Virus record (IMG/VR): IMGVR_UViG_3300017776_000018
Coordinates: 1-52,782 of that record
Reading direction: 5' to 3' (one strand)
DNA: 52,782 bases
Source: a virus
Lineage: Duplodnaviria; Caudoviricetes
Shown here: positions 1 through 8,455 of the stretch, one piece after another
How the letters are laid out: the number at the start of each line of letters is the position of its first letter
Position numbering within the stretch: position 1 is the first letter of the stretch
The notes under the pieces: model-generated
Told to the model about the DNA's origin: nothing
Database searches by the model: none
The model's input: the letters and a program-made list of their open reading frames with translations, nothing else
Translations under genes and position numbers: made by a program

Positions 1-169
1 AAAGCAAACCAATGGCTGCGTCTTGACAGAAGTTCTTTGCTTTCCCTTCATTTTCAGCGTATCTGGTGATCCACGAAGAAACGCTTTGTGGGTCATGTGC
101 CATACCAGTCAAAGCCAAGTTGTAAGAACGCAGGGTGTGAACGGCTTCAATCAAATTGGCTTCGCCCAT
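1..169 (-). CDS. Partial hypothetical protein, divergently transcribed, runs off the window edge
   Basis: ATG at 169 on the minus strand preceded by GGTGGAGG; open to position 1 (MGEANLIEAVHTLRSYNLALTG...). Not in the ORF track. Confidence 0.5.
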   Translation of the reverse strand, partial: MGEANLIEAVHTLRSYNLALTGMAHDPQSVSSWITRYAENEGKAKNFCQDAAIGLL

Positions 170-218
170 GCCTCCACCACAATTACCCTGCTATTTGGCT
201 TTGTTGATTGTGGGATAG

Positions 219-226
219 TTCATATA
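219..226 (+). promoter_or_regulatory. Putative archaeal TATA-like box (TTCATATA)
   Basis: Lies 30 nt upstream of ATG 249; the identical octamer occurs at 22247, 32 nt upstream of the protease ATG. Confidence 0.45.
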
Positions 227-248
227 CGTGGGAGACATGGGAGGGATA

Positions 249-395
249 ATGGGCAAGCACGTTTCAGTTGTTATGCGTGATGCCCTCTTTGAAAAAATGG
301 AGAATGAACGAGGGCGAGAGTCCAAATCATCCTTCATCAATCACGCCATTGCGTTTTATTTTCAAAACAAAGACAAGGTGAAGCATGATGAATAG
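249..395 (+). CDS. Ribbon-helix-helix (CopG/Arc/MetJ-like) DNA-binding protein
   Basis: Manually translated, below the ORF-track cutoff: MGKHVSVVMRDALFEKMENERGRESKSSFINHAIAFYFQNKDKVKHDE. Beta-strand VSVVM, helix, G-x-x-S-K-S turn and helix FINHAI fit the RHH pattern. Alternative start at 237. Confidence 0.7.
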   Translation: MGKHVSVVMRDALFEKMENERGRESKSSFINHAIAFYFQNKDKVKHDE

Positions 396-834
396 ACCTG
401 AAGAAGAACAAAACCAGCAAGCGTTTTATCCTCCGCCATATATGGCTCAAGACACAAACCGAATTGACATTAACCTCATTGCTATGTTGCTATGGCAATC
501 ACTTTTGACGGGCATTTCAGTTGCCGTATCACACATGGGTTGGTATCTCCCTGATGCTGGACCAAGCGAAATGGGGCTTCAATACGGATTGATTACGTTT
601 GGTTTCCTTTGCACCGCTATGGTTCTGTTCCATGTTGGCGGTGTTCGAGACTCCCTCGCAATGCGAGCCGAGTTCACAAAGGAGAACCAAGTGGACAAGT
701 GGCATCGCCAACAACACAGGTTGCAGCAACGACGGGCGCAAAAGCAACAATACTGGCAAGGCAACGGCCAGAATCCCCAATATCCATCTCAGGGACAAAC
801 CTTTGGAGTCCCTAACAACAAAAAAGAAGAATGA
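385..834 (+). CDS. Membrane protein with 2 predicted TM helices and a Q-rich C-terminus
   Basis: Hydrophobic stretches LIAMLLWQSLLTGISVAV and LQYGLITFGFLCTAMVLFHV; AAGGTGA RBS upstream. Confidence 0.75.
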   Translation: MMNRPEEEQNQQAFYPPPYMAQDTNRIDINLIAMLLWQSLLTGISVAVSHMGWYLPDAGPSEMGLQYGLITFGFLCTAMVLFHVGGVRDSLAMRAEFTKENQVDKWHRQQHRLQQRRAQKQQYWQGNGQNPQYPSQGQTFGVPNNKKEE

Positions 835-842
835 TTTGAGGT

Positions 843-1073
843 ATGTTCATGTGGCCTTTCACGACGCAGCAGGAACGACAAACAGAAGCCATGTCAATGA
901 TATTGGCTGAAAACGCATACGAAAGAAAAATGGAAAGGGTCGCAGGATGGGTTCGAACATTTTTAGCATTGCTCGGTGGAATCGCATTGACTTTTGGAAT
1001 CCTATTTGGTTTGGAAATGCTGAACATTTCACCATCCGATGTTTGGAGTTGGATAAAAGGCATTTTCAACTGA
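843..1073 (+). CDS. Small single-pass membrane protein
   Basis: TM segment FLALLGGIALTFGILFGL; amphipathic C-terminus DVWSWIKGIF. Confidence 0.7.
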   Translation: MFMWPFTTQQERQTEAMSMILAENAYERKMERVAGWVRTFLALLGGIALTFGILFGLEMLNISPSDVWSWIKGIFN

Positions 1074-1092
1074 AAATCAATGGGGGGGCATA

Positions 1093-1827
1093 ATGGCTTC
1101 CGCTTTGGTTGCAGGACACATGTTGATGGCCTCCGCTTCCGCATTTTACGCACTTTACCGTATTTTGAGGCCATATCGGGTTGGGATTTACGGGCCATCA
1201 ATGGTCGGTAAAACAACACTTGACCAATACCTCACCGTTCCTGGCGATATTGACCCAATCCCACGTGAGATGAGGACGGCACATGCAAAAGCCGACACCG
1301 CCACAGGCTTTCGAAGTCCACGTGGAACACGAAAACAGGTTCGTATGGTCAAAGAAAAGAAGCCAATAAGAACCACCGATCTTGCTGGCGACCCTATGTT
1401 TCGCAACCTTTGGATTGAGGATATGTTCGGAAGAAATGTTGAATTGGTTATTTTTATGGTGGATCACCGAGCCATGATTTTCAAACAGTTTGCTATGGAT
1501 GCTTCCGCCAGTCTTTCGTATTTGGTGGACAACATGATAAAGAAAGACGTGTCAAAAAACATTTCACGCAAAGCAAAAAAGAACTCAAAGAACTACACGC
1601 CCAAGTTGTTTTGTTTGATGATAAACAAAATGGACTTGTGGTGGGATCCTCAAGCAGCAAGATTGTGGCAATTGGGGCTTCAAAAAGAGCATCCAATTGT
1701 TGCGCCGTTTCGAGACTCGTTGAAGCGATTGCGAAAGGCAGGTATTCGGGCTGAGGTCATGGCTATGTCCTCACAACACGGCATCAACGTTCAAAAGAAC
1801 TTAGTTGATTTATTGGATTCTTTGTGA
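1093..1827 (+). CDS. Small Ras-superfamily (Arf/Sar1-like) P-loop GTPase with N-terminal hydrophobic helix
   Basis: G1 GPSMVGKT, G3 DLAG, strand LVIFMVD, G4 NKMD, G5-like MSSQHG; N-terminal hydrophobic or amphipathic helix. Confidence 0.85.
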   Translation: MASALVAGHMLMASASAFYALYRILRPYRVGIYGPSMVGKTTLDQYLTVPGDIDPIPREMRTAHAKADTATGFRSPRGTRKQVRMVKEKKPIRTTDLAGDPMFRNLWIEDMFGRNVELVIFMVDHRAMIFKQFAMDASASLSYLVDNMIKKDVSKNISRKAKKNSKNYTPKLFCLMINKMDLWWDPQAARLWQLGLQKEHPIVAPFRDSLKRLRKAGIRAEVMAMSSQHGINVQKNLVDLLDSL

Positions 1828-1864
1828 GAAAAGGCTTATGGGGGTGTGAGTTATGGGAGGGCTA

Positions 1865-2830
1865 ATGGCGTATAATCCGTTTGGAGGGTTTAACCCAATG
1901 AACATGCTCTATTCAAGAGGGGTCAAATTAAGTGGCCTTGATGATGAGCAATTGCGCCTCATGTCCACACAAACAGGAATCTCATACGAGTTGTTAAAAT
2001 CACAACAACGTGCTGAGATGGCAAGTGCTGGTTCAACTGGCGACATTGGCGAGGAACAATTGATTCCAACGGTGGAAATCCAACTCAAGTCCGACCCAAA
2101 GAACCCAAAGAAGGCACGTAAGAAAAACATCAAAATGCTTCGTAAGGCACTTCGGCCACCGAACTACAACTTGGGTCTTTTCAAGGTTTATCGCTACAAT
2201 GCAGCGCATGAATGCGCCTGTTGTGGCGTTGATATTCGCAGATTCCTTGAGGGCGACAACGCATACGCTCACATTGTTGATGAAAGAGTTGGACTTTCGC
2301 TGGCCGACATTTATTGGTTTGACGAGGACACAGGAAGTGCCAGAAAACCATTGGCTCGAACTCATGGAGATCACGGCGATGAAATGAACAGTTCACTTTG
2401 CCCTGCACACCTGCATATCTATCACACGCTCAAAACGTTGGTTCAAGAGCATGAGTTGGCTGAGGATGGTTTGCTTATGAAGCCTGTAAGCAAAGGAACC
2501 AAGTTCACCAAAATACCAGGAATGGGTGCGTTTAGAGGGACAAATGCAACAAAAAACCGAAGCACCCCCGAATCCTTGTTGAAATACGAGCAATTCTTTG
2601 CGATGATTCACAAAGACGCTCAACATTCCAAAGGTGTTCAACTGACACAACTTCCAAATCCAACAACAGGCATAGTGGACATTGTTCAAATTACGTTTGA
2701 CCTTCGAGCCTTACAATCGGAAACCGTTATGGCTCAAAGAAATACAATGGCAAACGGAGTTGCTATGCAAAACGCTATCAATGCACAAATGGTAGCACAG
2801 GCACAGGAAACAATTGCACAACAAAGGTGA
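1865..2830 (+). CDS. Hypothetical protein with putative Zn-binding motif
   Basis: HECACCG ... LCPAH ligand pairs; Q/M-rich C-terminus; alternative start at 1853. Confidence 0.7.
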   Translation: MAYNPFGGFNPMNMLYSRGVKLSGLDDEQLRLMSTQTGISYELLKSQQRAEMASAGSTGDIGEEQLIPTVEIQLKSDPKNPKKARKKNIKMLRKALRPPNYNLGLFKVYRYNAAHECACCGVDIRRFLEGDNAYAHIVDERVGLSLADIYWFDEDTGSARKPLARTHGDHGDEMNSSLCPAHLHIYHTLKTLVQEHELAEDGLLMKPVSKGTKFTKIPGMGAFRGTNATKNRSTPESLLKYEQFFAMIHKDAQHSKGVQLTQLPNPTTGIVDIVQITFDLRALQSETVMAQRNTMANGVAMQNAINAQMVAQAQETIAQQR

Positions 2831-2835
2831 GACAC

Positions 2836-3471
2836 ATGGGATGGTTTAGCAGAAACGAAAATACGCAAGGAAGCACACAGTTTGGTTCTCCAACTGGAAT
2901 GGGAATGGGAATGGGAATGGGGATGGGTGCAGGTGCGGCTGGCATGGGAATGGACCCAACTATGATGATGATGCAACAGACTCAGAACCCCATGATGCAA
3001 CAAATGGCGAATGACCCCATCACCGCAACTGCACGTTTGCTTCAACTCAACGATCCTGTTGCACAATTTATCACAACGCAAAACATTGGTTTGCTTATGG
3101 ATTTGGTCGGTGAAGTGGTTCGATTGTCAATCAAAGAGTTCTTCACATCTGTTCAGTTCGTGCAAGACGGGGATAACATCGTTTTGAACACGGCAACTTT
3201 ACCTGCTGCAATCAACACATTATCGCCTGAGAACTTGGGCTTGACAATGACTCGCCTTCAATCATCAGCACAACAAACGCTCGCAATGAACGAACAGCAA
3301 CGACAAATGTTCCTCCAAGCCCATTCTATGGGAATGACAATGAATCCACAACAACAACCAGGGTTCTTCGGTAGTCTTATCGGAGGTATGCTTGGAAACC
3401 AAGTTCAGCAACAGGGTGGATTTGGTCAAACAGTCGCCAAGGGCGCAACAATGGGGGCTGCTGTATTATGA
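2836..3471 (+). CDS. G/M/Q-rich protein with C-terminal glycine-zipper-like segment
   Basis: GGTGA RBS before ATG 2836 (MGWFS); (GM)n run; C-terminus GFFGSLIGGMLG...GFGQTVAKGATMGAAVL. Confidence 0.75.
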   Translation: MGWFSRNENTQGSTQFGSPTGMGMGMGMGMGAGAAGMGMDPTMMMMQQTQNPMMQQMANDPITATARLLQLNDPVAQFITTQNIGLLMDLVGEVVRLSIKEFFTSVQFVQDGDNIVLNTATLPAAINTLSPENLGLTMTRLQSSAQQTLAMNEQQRQMFLQAHSMGMTMNPQQQPGFFGSLIGGMLGNQVQQQGGFGQTVAKGATMGAAVL

Positions 3472-3713
3472 ACAGAAAAGACGAATCACCAAATCAACCC
3501 AACATTTACCACACGACAGTTGAGTTTATGAGTCCCAACAAAATGTTGGTTGAAAGTGCAACGATGATTTACATTATCGCCTTCATGCTTGCTATGTTTG
3601 TTATGTTGGTTTGGCGAGGTTCGAGCCTCAGTTCAACTCAAGTCCTCATGGGCGCATTTGGCTTGCTTTTCACTTTCGCAATTGCAGTTCGGCAATTTGC
3701 TTCTTTTCGGTAG
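3468..3713 (+). CDS. Small 2-TM membrane protein (holin-like topology)
   Basis: 81 aa, two hydrophobic helices; ATGA overlap with the upstream gene. Confidence 0.7.
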   Translation: MNRKDESPNQPNIYHTTVEFMSPNKMLVESATMIYIIAFMLAMFVMLVWRGSSLSSTQVLMGAFGLLFTFAIAVRQFASFR

Positions 3714-3724
3714 CCTCATCGGGA

Positions 3725-3937
3725 ATGAGGCGGTTTAATCCGATACCTTATTCTCCTGTTTTGACTCGTTTTGACCAAGACGGAGATGGCGACTTTGACA
3801 TGGATGATGTCAAAATCTTGCTTGGGAAAAAAAAGGTTAAGCAATGCGTTGCTTTGACAAAATCTGGCGACAGATGCAAGCGGAAGGGCGACCTTGACGA
3901 AAATAACTTGTGCTATTTGCATAAGAAGAAGGAATAA
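3725..3937 (+). CDS. Small protein with EF-hand-like loop and C-terminal C3H Zn-finger
   Basis: DQDGDGDFDMDD Ca-binding-like loop; QCVALTKSGDRCKR...LCYLH. ATG 3725 avoids a long overlap with the upstream gene. Confidence 0.65.
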   Translation: MRRFNPIPYSPVLTRFDQDGDGDFDMDDVKILLGKKKVKQCVALTKSGDRCKRKGDLDENNLCYLHKKKE

Positions 3938-3968
3938 CCCAATAAGCACAATAAGCGTGGGGCAAAGC

Positions 3969-4676
3969 ATGGCTGGTCGGCAGACTCGGAAGAATTGTCC
4001 GTTCTGTCAGCATCCAGAACGGGATTTAATCGAGAAAAAAATCCTTGAAGGCGCACTTGACGTTCAAGACTGTGATTTTGAGAATCAATGGCCTGAAGGA
4101 ACATCTCACCGCCACATGCGAAGGCATTCGGGAGAATACTATAACAATTCCAATTCGCATTGTCCTATTTGCACCGACCCAAACAGGGCAGATATAGAAG
4201 CAGCAATCCTTGAAGGACGTGCGGGTATTGACGACTTCGCAGTTGAGTTGGGGGTTGCCAGCAGCCTCGTTTCAACACACATGGAGAAGCACACAAAGCC
4301 AATCATTCAACAACACGTTCACATCGAGGCTTTGCCGAATGCCATGAAAACGGTGCATGAATCATTGGGTCGTGTTGAGAAAAACATGAACCGTTTGGAT
4401 CGGTTGTTGGGTCGGGTTCTTGACCATGTGGAGAATCAATTTGATGATGAAACCGAACCAATTGAAATGCGTGATGTTGAAACGGCATTGAAGGTTCATC
4501 GAGAAGTGCGTGATACGTTGGTTGAACTGGCAAAGTGGATGGAGAAGGCTGAAACCATTGAGGATAAGCAATCGGTGTCCATCATCAACGTTCTCCAACA
4601 ATTCTATTCCGAGAAGTCGCCCGAAGAATGGGTTGAACTCAAATCACGTTTGGTTGCGTCTGGGGTGATGAGTTGA
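3969..4676 (+). CDS. Tandem CxxC...HxxxH Zn/HTH protein with coiled coil; candidate small terminase or DNA-binding protein
   Basis: Two repeats: CPFCQHPERDLIE...HMRRH and CPICTDPNRADIE...HMEKH, followed by a helical region. Confidence 0.6.
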   Translation: MAGRQTRKNCPFCQHPERDLIEKKILEGALDVQDCDFENQWPEGTSHRHMRRHSGEYYNNSNSHCPICTDPNRADIEAAILEGRAGIDDFAVELGVASSLVSTHMEKHTKPIIQQHVHIEALPNAMKTVHESLGRVEKNMNRLDRLLGRVLDHVENQFDDETEPIEMRDVETALKVHREVRDTLVELAKWMEKAETIEDKQSVSIINVLQQFYSEKSPEEWVELKSRLVASGVMS

Positions 4677-5116
4677 AAATCACAGTTCGCCAATTGATGT
4701 GCAAGGATTCTCCTGAGCATGATGTGATTTTGAATAGCAAAATCCCAAAAGAGGATTGGTCTATTGAGGATTTGATGATGTTCACCAGTTCTGTTGATGT
4801 TGTGGTGCAACGGTGGGCAAATGCCGTTGGTGAACATATGGAATACCCAACTGAGATGATTGGTTCGATATTCGGCTCATTGATTACAACACGTATGCTT
4901 ATTGATGATTTGAAAGTCCTCAAACACAATCCACAGGCTGAGGTCATTTCACTTCTTGATGGAACGCAAATCATTACCGATTTAAAACAGAAAATGTTGC
5001 CCATGTCCAAATCCTATGCACGTGTTCCGTCGTTGGCCCAATGGTATATGGCTTTAGCAAATGAAATTGATTTGGCGTATCGTGTGATTCGAAGGGGGTT
5101 GAAGGATGGTCGTTAG
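4673..5116 (+). CDS. Hypothetical protein
   Basis: 147 aa ORF overlapping both neighbours in a compact operon. Confidence 0.65.
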   Translation: MKITVRQLMCKDSPEHDVILNSKIPKEDWSIEDLMMFTSSVDVVVQRWANAVGEHMEYPTEMIGSIFGSLITTRMLIDDLKVLKHNPQAEVISLLDGTQIITDLKQKMLPMSKSYARVPSLAQWYMALANEIDLAYRVIRRGLKDGR

Positions 5117-6611
5117 CAATCCACGTGAGCCTGTTCTTTGGACTCCAAGAACCCAAGAAATGATGGGAGGTTGGAATCCACGTGAGGTTCTTGACCACGA
5201 CATCAACCCAAATGAGGACGGCGACGGTTTATCTCATCATGGACGTGAAACCCAAGAGGACGCAAGAAGCCGTGATCAGCAAGACCCAAAAAAGCGAAGA
5301 GAACAGGCAATGCGAGAATTGGCGACTCCTATTCCTCATGTCAGCATTCGCCCTGAGAAAATAGACGATACGTTGGGAAGGTCGCCTCAATTTGAGCAAG
5401 AACAACGAATGCTTGAGGCTGGCGTTGGAATGGACTTGAACCGCAACGGCATTGGTTTGTCAAACGGTATGAATGCAGGTTCGGTGCGAAGTGAGGGTCC
5501 AAACATCAAATACGGGCAAAGCAATTCGGTTGTTCCAGCAATGCTTGGGAAGGCAATCAAGAATAATAAATGCAGCAAGTGTGGAAGGGCGGTGTTCATG
5601 GAGGACGACCCAAACAAGTTCTGCATGTTGTGTGAGGCGGGGGTTAAACAAAACAGAAGCCACCCCCCTGTTGAGTTTGACGAACAAATTGACCGACTTA
5701 AAAATAGCAACAATGTGAAAGTTCAGCAGAAAGATTTCAGCGAAGAATGGCAGAAAAAGAATGCCAGCGAGGACATTTTCGAGCAATCATGGGATAGCAT
5801 CAGCAAAGGCAAGCGACGATACAAAGGTCGCCACATGTATGATGATGAGGAATCCGATGAGGACGAGCGCAAGTCAAAGAAAAAGCGCAAGCGAAAGAAG
5901 AAGCGTGAGGGTAAGCGAAAGAAGGCAGCACGTGGAGGTCGCCAGCCCAAATCAATGACCACCAGACGAAAGGGCAATGTCGAAACCGATGTGGATCGTG
6001 GTTCACGTCGTCAAGCCTTCCACCCCAACCTTCATAGCGAGGCGATTAGGGGTGTCGGACGTTCTCGAACAGACCGAATCCCTCTCCGACTTCGTGATCC
6101 TATTGCATGGGAACGTAAGAAAGCAAACGAGCGATTGCGACGACAAGTGGGTTCACTACCAGCAGGTTTGACTCACCATGCTGATACAAGAGGCATGGGA
6201 ACAAAGCGTGGTGCAATTCAGGGCGGTTCTATTGGAAGCGGAACAAAAATGCCAACAGTTGCCCGTATGGGAACATCAACAAAGCGATTCTCAAGGGATG
6301 CCGTAGGCGACCCTCTCAGCACCCACGACCCATTGTTCAACAAATCGGATATTGAAAAATCAAAGTTGAGAATCACCCGTTCCGAACTCATGGCTATGAA
6401 ACGTAAGGTTGAGAAATTGATTCAACAACTCAACAAATTGACCAAGGCTACGCCAGAACTTGGCAACGAAGGCAAGGTTGGCGCACAGGCAAATAGCGAT
6501 ACGGCTTCATCCCCAACAGGCGCAACAAAATTGAATGAAGAGGAAGAACCGTATCGGGCTTTTGTTGATATGGCTTTGGCACAGGAGATGGGTCTTGTAG
6601 GCAAGAAGTGA
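5106..6611 (+). CDS. Modular basic protein, putative internal head protein
   Basis: Central CxxC...CxxC module, K/R-rich tract, FEQSWDSISKG motif and several xxK|A/S sites. Confidence 0.7.
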   Translation: MVVSNPREPVLWTPRTQEMMGGWNPREVLDHDINPNEDGDGLSHHGRETQEDARSRDQQDPKKRREQAMRELATPIPHVSIRPEKIDDTLGRSPQFEQEQRMLEAGVGMDLNRNGIGLSNGMNAGSVRSEGPNIKYGQSNSVVPAMLGKAIKNNKCSKCGRAVFMEDDPNKFCMLCEAGVKQNRSHPPVEFDEQIDRLKNSNNVKVQQKDFSEEWQKKNASEDIFEQSWDSISKGKRRYKGRHMYDDEESDEDERKSKKKRKRKKKREGKRKKAARGGRQPKSMTTRRKGNVETDVDRGSRRQAFHPNLHSEAIRGVGRSRTDRIPLRLRDPIAWERKKANERLRRQVGSLPAGLTHHADTRGMGTKRGAIQGGSIGSGTKMPTVARMGTSTKRFSRDAVGDPLSTHDPLFNKSDIEKSKLRITRSELMAMKRKVEKLIQQLNKLTKATPELGNEGKVGAQANSDTASSPTGATKLNEEEEPYRAFVDMALAQEMGLVGKK

Positions 6612-6616
6612 TTGTC

Positions 6617-8455
6617 ATGCCGTTGGTTGAATTAGATCGGTATCTCATTCGTAAGGGCTACGGTGTTTTCAACATTCACGATTTCATCAACGCCATGCTC
6701 GGTGCTGATAGCGTCGAAGAAGGATATTCTCAATTGCAGCAAAACCACCACGACCTCAGCCATGAGAACTTTGCTGGCGTTGAAGCCGATGCGGTTCAAT
6801 TGGCGTTTCAAATGCAAATGGGCGGATTAACCGAACAGGATAAAGAAATCATTGACCAAAACGGCCATCCTGGTCAAAAGGGTGATTTTAACCAATCATC
6901 GCAACTTTGGTTTCAAACGTTTCAAAAGGCTGTGAACATAGGTGCGCCTCTCGTCAATGAGGCCATCTCAAAAACAAATGCAATCAATCGCAAACGTGCT
7001 GCTGAGGCAGGACACCCGCCGCCAATTGACCTCCCAATGGCTTTTGTTCAAGACAACGGGAATTATGTCGCCGTTCCTGCATGGCGTAGTGCCGTTCAAG
7101 GCTACAAAGAGGATGGAACGCACAACAGGCAGGGTGCGCTTATCACCCAACGTCTTAGCCGATTGACTCACAAACCAGAAGCGTATGCTCGGCCTTACAA
7201 CATCGGTTTAGAAACGTTGAGATCGGAAAAATACCCAAATGTCAAGTTCAAAGACAAGTTCATGGATGAGGTGTTTCCAAACATTCTTCACGGTGATTCG
7301 TTATACATTCGGGACGATAACCTTCGAAATGATTTTGCTTTTGCAGTTCAAAGTGTAAAGCAAAAATACCCTTACTTGCCGTTTGAACAGTTGCAGGGTA
7401 TGGCCTTACAATCACTACGAAGCCTTCCTCAATTCAATAAGTTCGCTGGAATCCGTCATGGCGATGGCCTCAAATACGGAACGCATTCGGAAGAAGCGGT
7501 CAATCAAATGCAAGTTGAACAAAGGCAAGAAAACGCTAATTCGTATGATGAATTGCTCAATTTCATTCATCCTGATATGCGAGAACACGCATCGTTTAGG
7601 CTCACAGGCAACCAAGCATACCACACCGCTACGCCATCACGAAAAATGAAGCGATTGTTTGAACAACATCACGGTTGGGATGAAGAAACGACAAATAACG
7701 TGTATCAAAACGCATATTCAGGCAAGTTCTCTCATCTCAAAAACAGTCGTGATAAGTTGATGGCGGCAGTTCGTGAGCAAGAAATGTTAGATGGAAAGCC
7801 GCCTCAATGGGCGGGTGATGCAATCATGCCACAGGGAGCATCCATCGGTTCTCCTGTTGATGAACAACCATCTCCCCAAATGGAAGAAAGGCCACCTGTT
7901 CAAGAAGCCATTGCGACACCGCCACCTTATCCAGTTCGACCCGACCCAGAACCCCCTAAAATGAATCAGCACATGTCTGGTGCAACGCCAATACCTGTGG
8001 CGAGTCCAGCATCGCCGCCGCCTCAAATGCAACCACAAAACCGACCTCAACCCCCTATGCAACCCCTAAACGCTTATCCCTCAACCTCTCCTGCCGTTCA
8101 AAATACGGGACGTGGGGTTTTGAACAATTTAATGACAAGGCTTGGTTATGCCTACGAATCATTGTTTCCATCCTTCGGAAAAACCGACATGTCCAATGAA
8201 GAGGTATTGACTGAAATGCTTGAGAATGTTCAGTTGGAAATCGCAAAGAAAGAAGTGGTGCAAACCATTTTCACAAAATCTCATCAGTCAATCAGTTCTA
8301 TTGCCGATGTTTCAACTATTGCTAACAGAATAAATCGTCCCAATTCCGACATTGTTTCAATTTATCATAGCCGTGGCGATTGGGAGAACGTAGCAAAGAC
8401 GTTTGGAATGACGCATAAAGAAGTTCAAATGGTGAAGGTGATTTTCAATGAATGA
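6617..8455 (+). CDS. Hypothetical protein with Pro-rich linker and C-terminal HTH-like domain
   Basis: Long ORF; C-terminus GDWENVAKTFGMTHKEVQMVK is HTH-like; N-terminal YLIRK|G. GTG 6608 is an alternative start. Confidence 0.7.
   Translation: MPLVELDRYLIRKGYGVFNIHDFINAMLGADSVEEGYSQLQQNHHDLSHENFAGVEADAVQLAFQMQMGGLTEQDKEIIDQNGHPGQKGDFNQSSQLWFQTFQKAVNIGAPLVNEAISKTNAINRKRAAEAGHPPPIDLPMAFVQDNGNYVAVPAWRSAVQGYKEDGTHNRQGALITQRLSRLTHKPEAYARPYNIGLETLRSEKYPNVKFKDKFMDEVFPNILHGDSLYIRDDNLRNDFAFAVQSVKQKYPYLPFEQLQGMALQSLRSLPQFNKFAGIRHGDGLKYGTHSEEAVNQMQVEQRQENANSYDELLNFIHPDMREHASFRLTGNQAYHTATPSRKMKRLFEQHHGWDEETTNNVYQNAYSGKFSHLKNSRDKLMAAVREQEMLDGKPPQWAGDAIMPQGASIGSPVDEQPSPQMEERPPVQEAIATPPPYPVRPDPEPPKMNQHMSGATPIPVASPASPPPQMQPQNRPQPPMQPLNAYPSTSPAVQNTGRGVLNNLMTRLGYAYESLFPSFGKTDMSNEEVLTEMLENVQLEIAKKEVVQTIFTKSHQSISSIADVSTIANRINRPNSDIVSIYHSRGDWENVAKTFGMTHKEVQMVKVIFNE

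Noticed and set aside
23-280. 85-aa + strand ORF from the track
   Set aside because: Overlaps a better-supported minus-strand ORF with an RBS and the RHH gene; TTG start and no recognisable features.
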